Positions 62,238-64,000 of a stretch of DNA of 64,000 nt are shown piece by piece. This DNA comes from Candidatus Poribacteria bacterium (GTDB lineage Bacteria > Poribacteria > WGA-4E > UBA9662). The number at the start of each line of letters is the position of its first letter. The stretch's first letter is position 1. The stretch covers positions 1 through 64,000 of the forward strand of contig JAYGDX010000027.1 in the NCBI GenBank assembly GCA_046582655.1. The letters run 5' to 3'. A program made the position numbers and the translations under genes. Under the pieces are notes generated by a model that worked only from the letters and a program-made list of their open reading frames with translations, was not told where the DNA came from and ran no database searches.

Positions 62238-62741
62238 ATGATTTCAATGATTTGTGCTGTTGCCAATGATGGTGTTATTGGCAATAAGAATCAATTACCT
62301 TGGCCGCATCTGCCTTCGGACATGAAGTGGTTTTCAAAACAGACCAGAGGAAACGTCGTTGTAATGGGCAGAAGGACTTGGCATTCACTCGGTTTGATGA
62401 AGCCGCTACCAAACCGGATAAATATCGTGGTGTCTCGTCAGGCTGAGATAGCAGGTGCAAACACTGTGATCACAGATAATGTGAATCAGCGTGTTATTGA
62501 TTTGCAACAGGAGTATCCTGCTAGAGATGTTTTCATTATTGGCGGAGCGCAACTCTACCGGTCTACCATGCCAATTACCAAGAAATTCTATATCACACGG
62601 ATTTACAGCGATTATCCCGGCGACACCTATCTAGACATTGAGGTTTTGCTGGAAAATACGAAGATATTGCAGGAAAAAGTTATCGATGCCTCAGAGGAAT
62701 ACCCAAAACACGCATTTCAAATTTTTCAGAGAGTCACATGA
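62238..62741 (+). CDS. folA: Dihydrofolate reductase
   Basis: VIG..NQLPW...DMKWF, VVMGRRTW, PLPNRINIV, IIGGAQLY, GDTY; ATG 62238 preferred. Confidence 0.93.
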   Translation: MISMICAVANDGVIGNKNQLPWPHLPSDMKWFSKQTRGNVVVMGRRTWHSLGLMKPLPNRINIVVSRQAEIAGANTVITDNVNQRVIDLQQEYPARDVFIIGGAQLYRSTMPITKKFYITRIYSDYPGDTYLDIEVLLENTKILQEKVIDASEEYPKHAFQIFQRVT

Positions 62742-63583
62742 AACAGTATCTTTCTGCACTACAACAGATTCTTGACGCAGGCATCGACCGACCTGACCGA
62801 ACCCAAACAGGTACACGTAGCCTGTTTGGAATGCAACATCGATATCGACTGAGCGATGGGTTTCCGGTTGTAACAACTAAAAAATTCGCTTGGAAAGCCT
62901 GCCTGAGTGAGCTGCTGTGGTTTATAGAAGGAAGCCGTGATAATAACAGACTTAAAGAGATTCTAAACAGCCGGAAAACTATCTGGGAAGCAAATGCAGA
63001 AGCGGAGTCCTGGAAACCTCGTGCCCAGTTTTTCGGTGATGTAGGACGAATTTATGGTGTCCAATGGCGAAGTTGGCAACACTGGTCTGAGACTGACCAG
63101 CAATATGTTGCTGTCGATCAACTGAAAACTGTCATTGAGGATGTCAAGACAAAACCATATAGCCGAAGGCATGTAGTCACTGCCTGGAATCCGGGAGAAT
63201 TGGACCAGATGGCATTGCCACCCTGTCACATGTTTTTTCAATTCTACGTTGATAACGGAAAGCTTTCAATGCAAATGTATCAACGGTCGTGTGACATGTT
63301 TTTAGGTGTACCGTTCAATATTTCGAGCTATGCTTTATTGTTACATATGGTTGCTCAAGTTACTGGACACAAACCAGGTGATTTTATCCATACCCTTGGT
63401 GATGCTCATATCTATCATAATCATTTTGAACAAGTCAAAATACAATTATCAAGGGAACCATACTCATTACCTGAGTTATGGATTAATCCGAAGATCAAGG
63501 ATATAGATGCATTCACGATGAACGATTTCAGGCTTATCAATTACCAGTTTCATGAAGCCCTGAAAGCGGAAATGTCGGTGTGA
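62738..63583 (+). CDS. thyA: Thymidylate synthase
   Basis: DRTQTGT, TTKK, ELLWF, YGVQWR, MALPPCH, YQRSCDMFLGVPFN, GDAHIY; ATGA overlap with folA. Confidence 0.97.
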   Translation: MKQYLSALQQILDAGIDRPDRTQTGTRSLFGMQHRYRLSDGFPVVTTKKFAWKACLSELLWFIEGSRDNNRLKEILNSRKTIWEANAEAESWKPRAQFFGDVGRIYGVQWRSWQHWSETDQQYVAVDQLKTVIEDVKTKPYSRRHVVTAWNPGELDQMALPPCHMFFQFYVDNGKLSMQMYQRSCDMFLGVPFNISSYALLLHMVAQVTGHKPGDFIHTLGDAHIYHNHFEQVKIQLSREPYSLPELWINPKIKDIDAFTMNDFRLINYQFHEALKAEMSV

Positions 63584-63632
63584 ACTTGAAAGACAGTCAT
63601 CAAAAAATTTCTGAAGAGGAGGAAGATAATAC

Positions 63633-64000
63633 ATGGAAAGCGATCTTACCTATCTGGTCGAACAGTTAAAACATGAGGACAACGAAGTTAGGATCCAAGC
63701 CTGTCAATCATTGAAAGATAGCGGCTATTCAGAAGCAATTGAGCCATTAAAATTAATGCTGGAGGATAAAAATAAATGGGTTCGTCGCCACGCGACCGAG
63801 ACCCTGTTAACCCTGACTTCAGTTGAAGACATAATTGATCAACTGATTCATTTATTGGATGATACAGATCCTTGGGTTCGTCGCTATGCTTGTGAATCAC
63901 TTGCTCAATCAGCAGATCCAAAATCAATTCAACCCTTAATTTCTCGATTAACGGATCAAGATTATCATGTGCGATTAACAGCGTGCCGGGCGCTGACAAA
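63633..64000 (+). CDS. HEAT/PBS-lyase repeat protein (runs off the window)
   Basis: Manual translation from ATG 63633 (SD GAGGAGG): MESDLTYLVEQLKHEDNEVRIQACQSL...LEDKNKWVRRHA...LDDTDPWVRRYA...LTDQDYHVRLTA. Confidence 0.85.
   Translation, partial: MESDLTYLVEQLKHEDNEVRIQACQSLKDSGYSEAIEPLKLMLEDKNKWVRRHATETLLTLTSVEDIIDQLIHLLDDTDPWVRRYACESLAQSADPKSIQPLISRLTDQDYHVRLTACRALT

Noticed and set aside
63688..63999. 103-aa minus-strand ORF in the track
   Set aside because: Antisense shadow of the HEAT-repeat gene starting at 63633 on the + strand
1..64000. rRNA, tRNA, CRISPR arrays, integrases, reverse transcriptases, defence systems
   Set aside because: No supporting motifs seen by eye; tRNAscan, Infernal and DefenseFinder runs would be needed to exclude them formally

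Overview
Bacterial chromosomal window of moderately low GC. It most resembles Candidatus Poribacteria; this is an inference from tandem LamG proteins ending in a K-L-P-x-x-W-x-x-x-K tail, five Gfo/Idh/MocA paralogues, a DUF6785-type membrane protein and PhyH/FGE-family genes. Housekeeping and metabolic genes include glxK, tkt, ltaE, alkA, rnj, leuS, a csp gene, tricorn protease, acnA, folA-thyA and several transporters. The main signal is a dispersed type IX secretion (T9SS)-like set in an apparently non-Bacteroidota genome. It comprises a 2118-aa SprA-like barrel protein with several Gly/Tyr/Phe (YG/FG) low-complexity inserts, a PorV/PorP-like barrel directly upstream of a Fn3 protein with a type-B-like C-terminal domain (CTD), and an S8 protease with a type-A CTD. 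A short W-x-x-x-K motif is shared by the protease and a LamG protein. An orphan, N-terminally truncated FliG lies divergent from the sprA-like gene. A compositionally mosaic island at about 21.6-26.5 kb starts at an IS701-type remnant. There are several pseudogenes and a folA-thyA pair that looks phage-like. No rRNA, tRNA or CRISPR array was seen. Family calls come from motif recognition by eye; no database searches were run.
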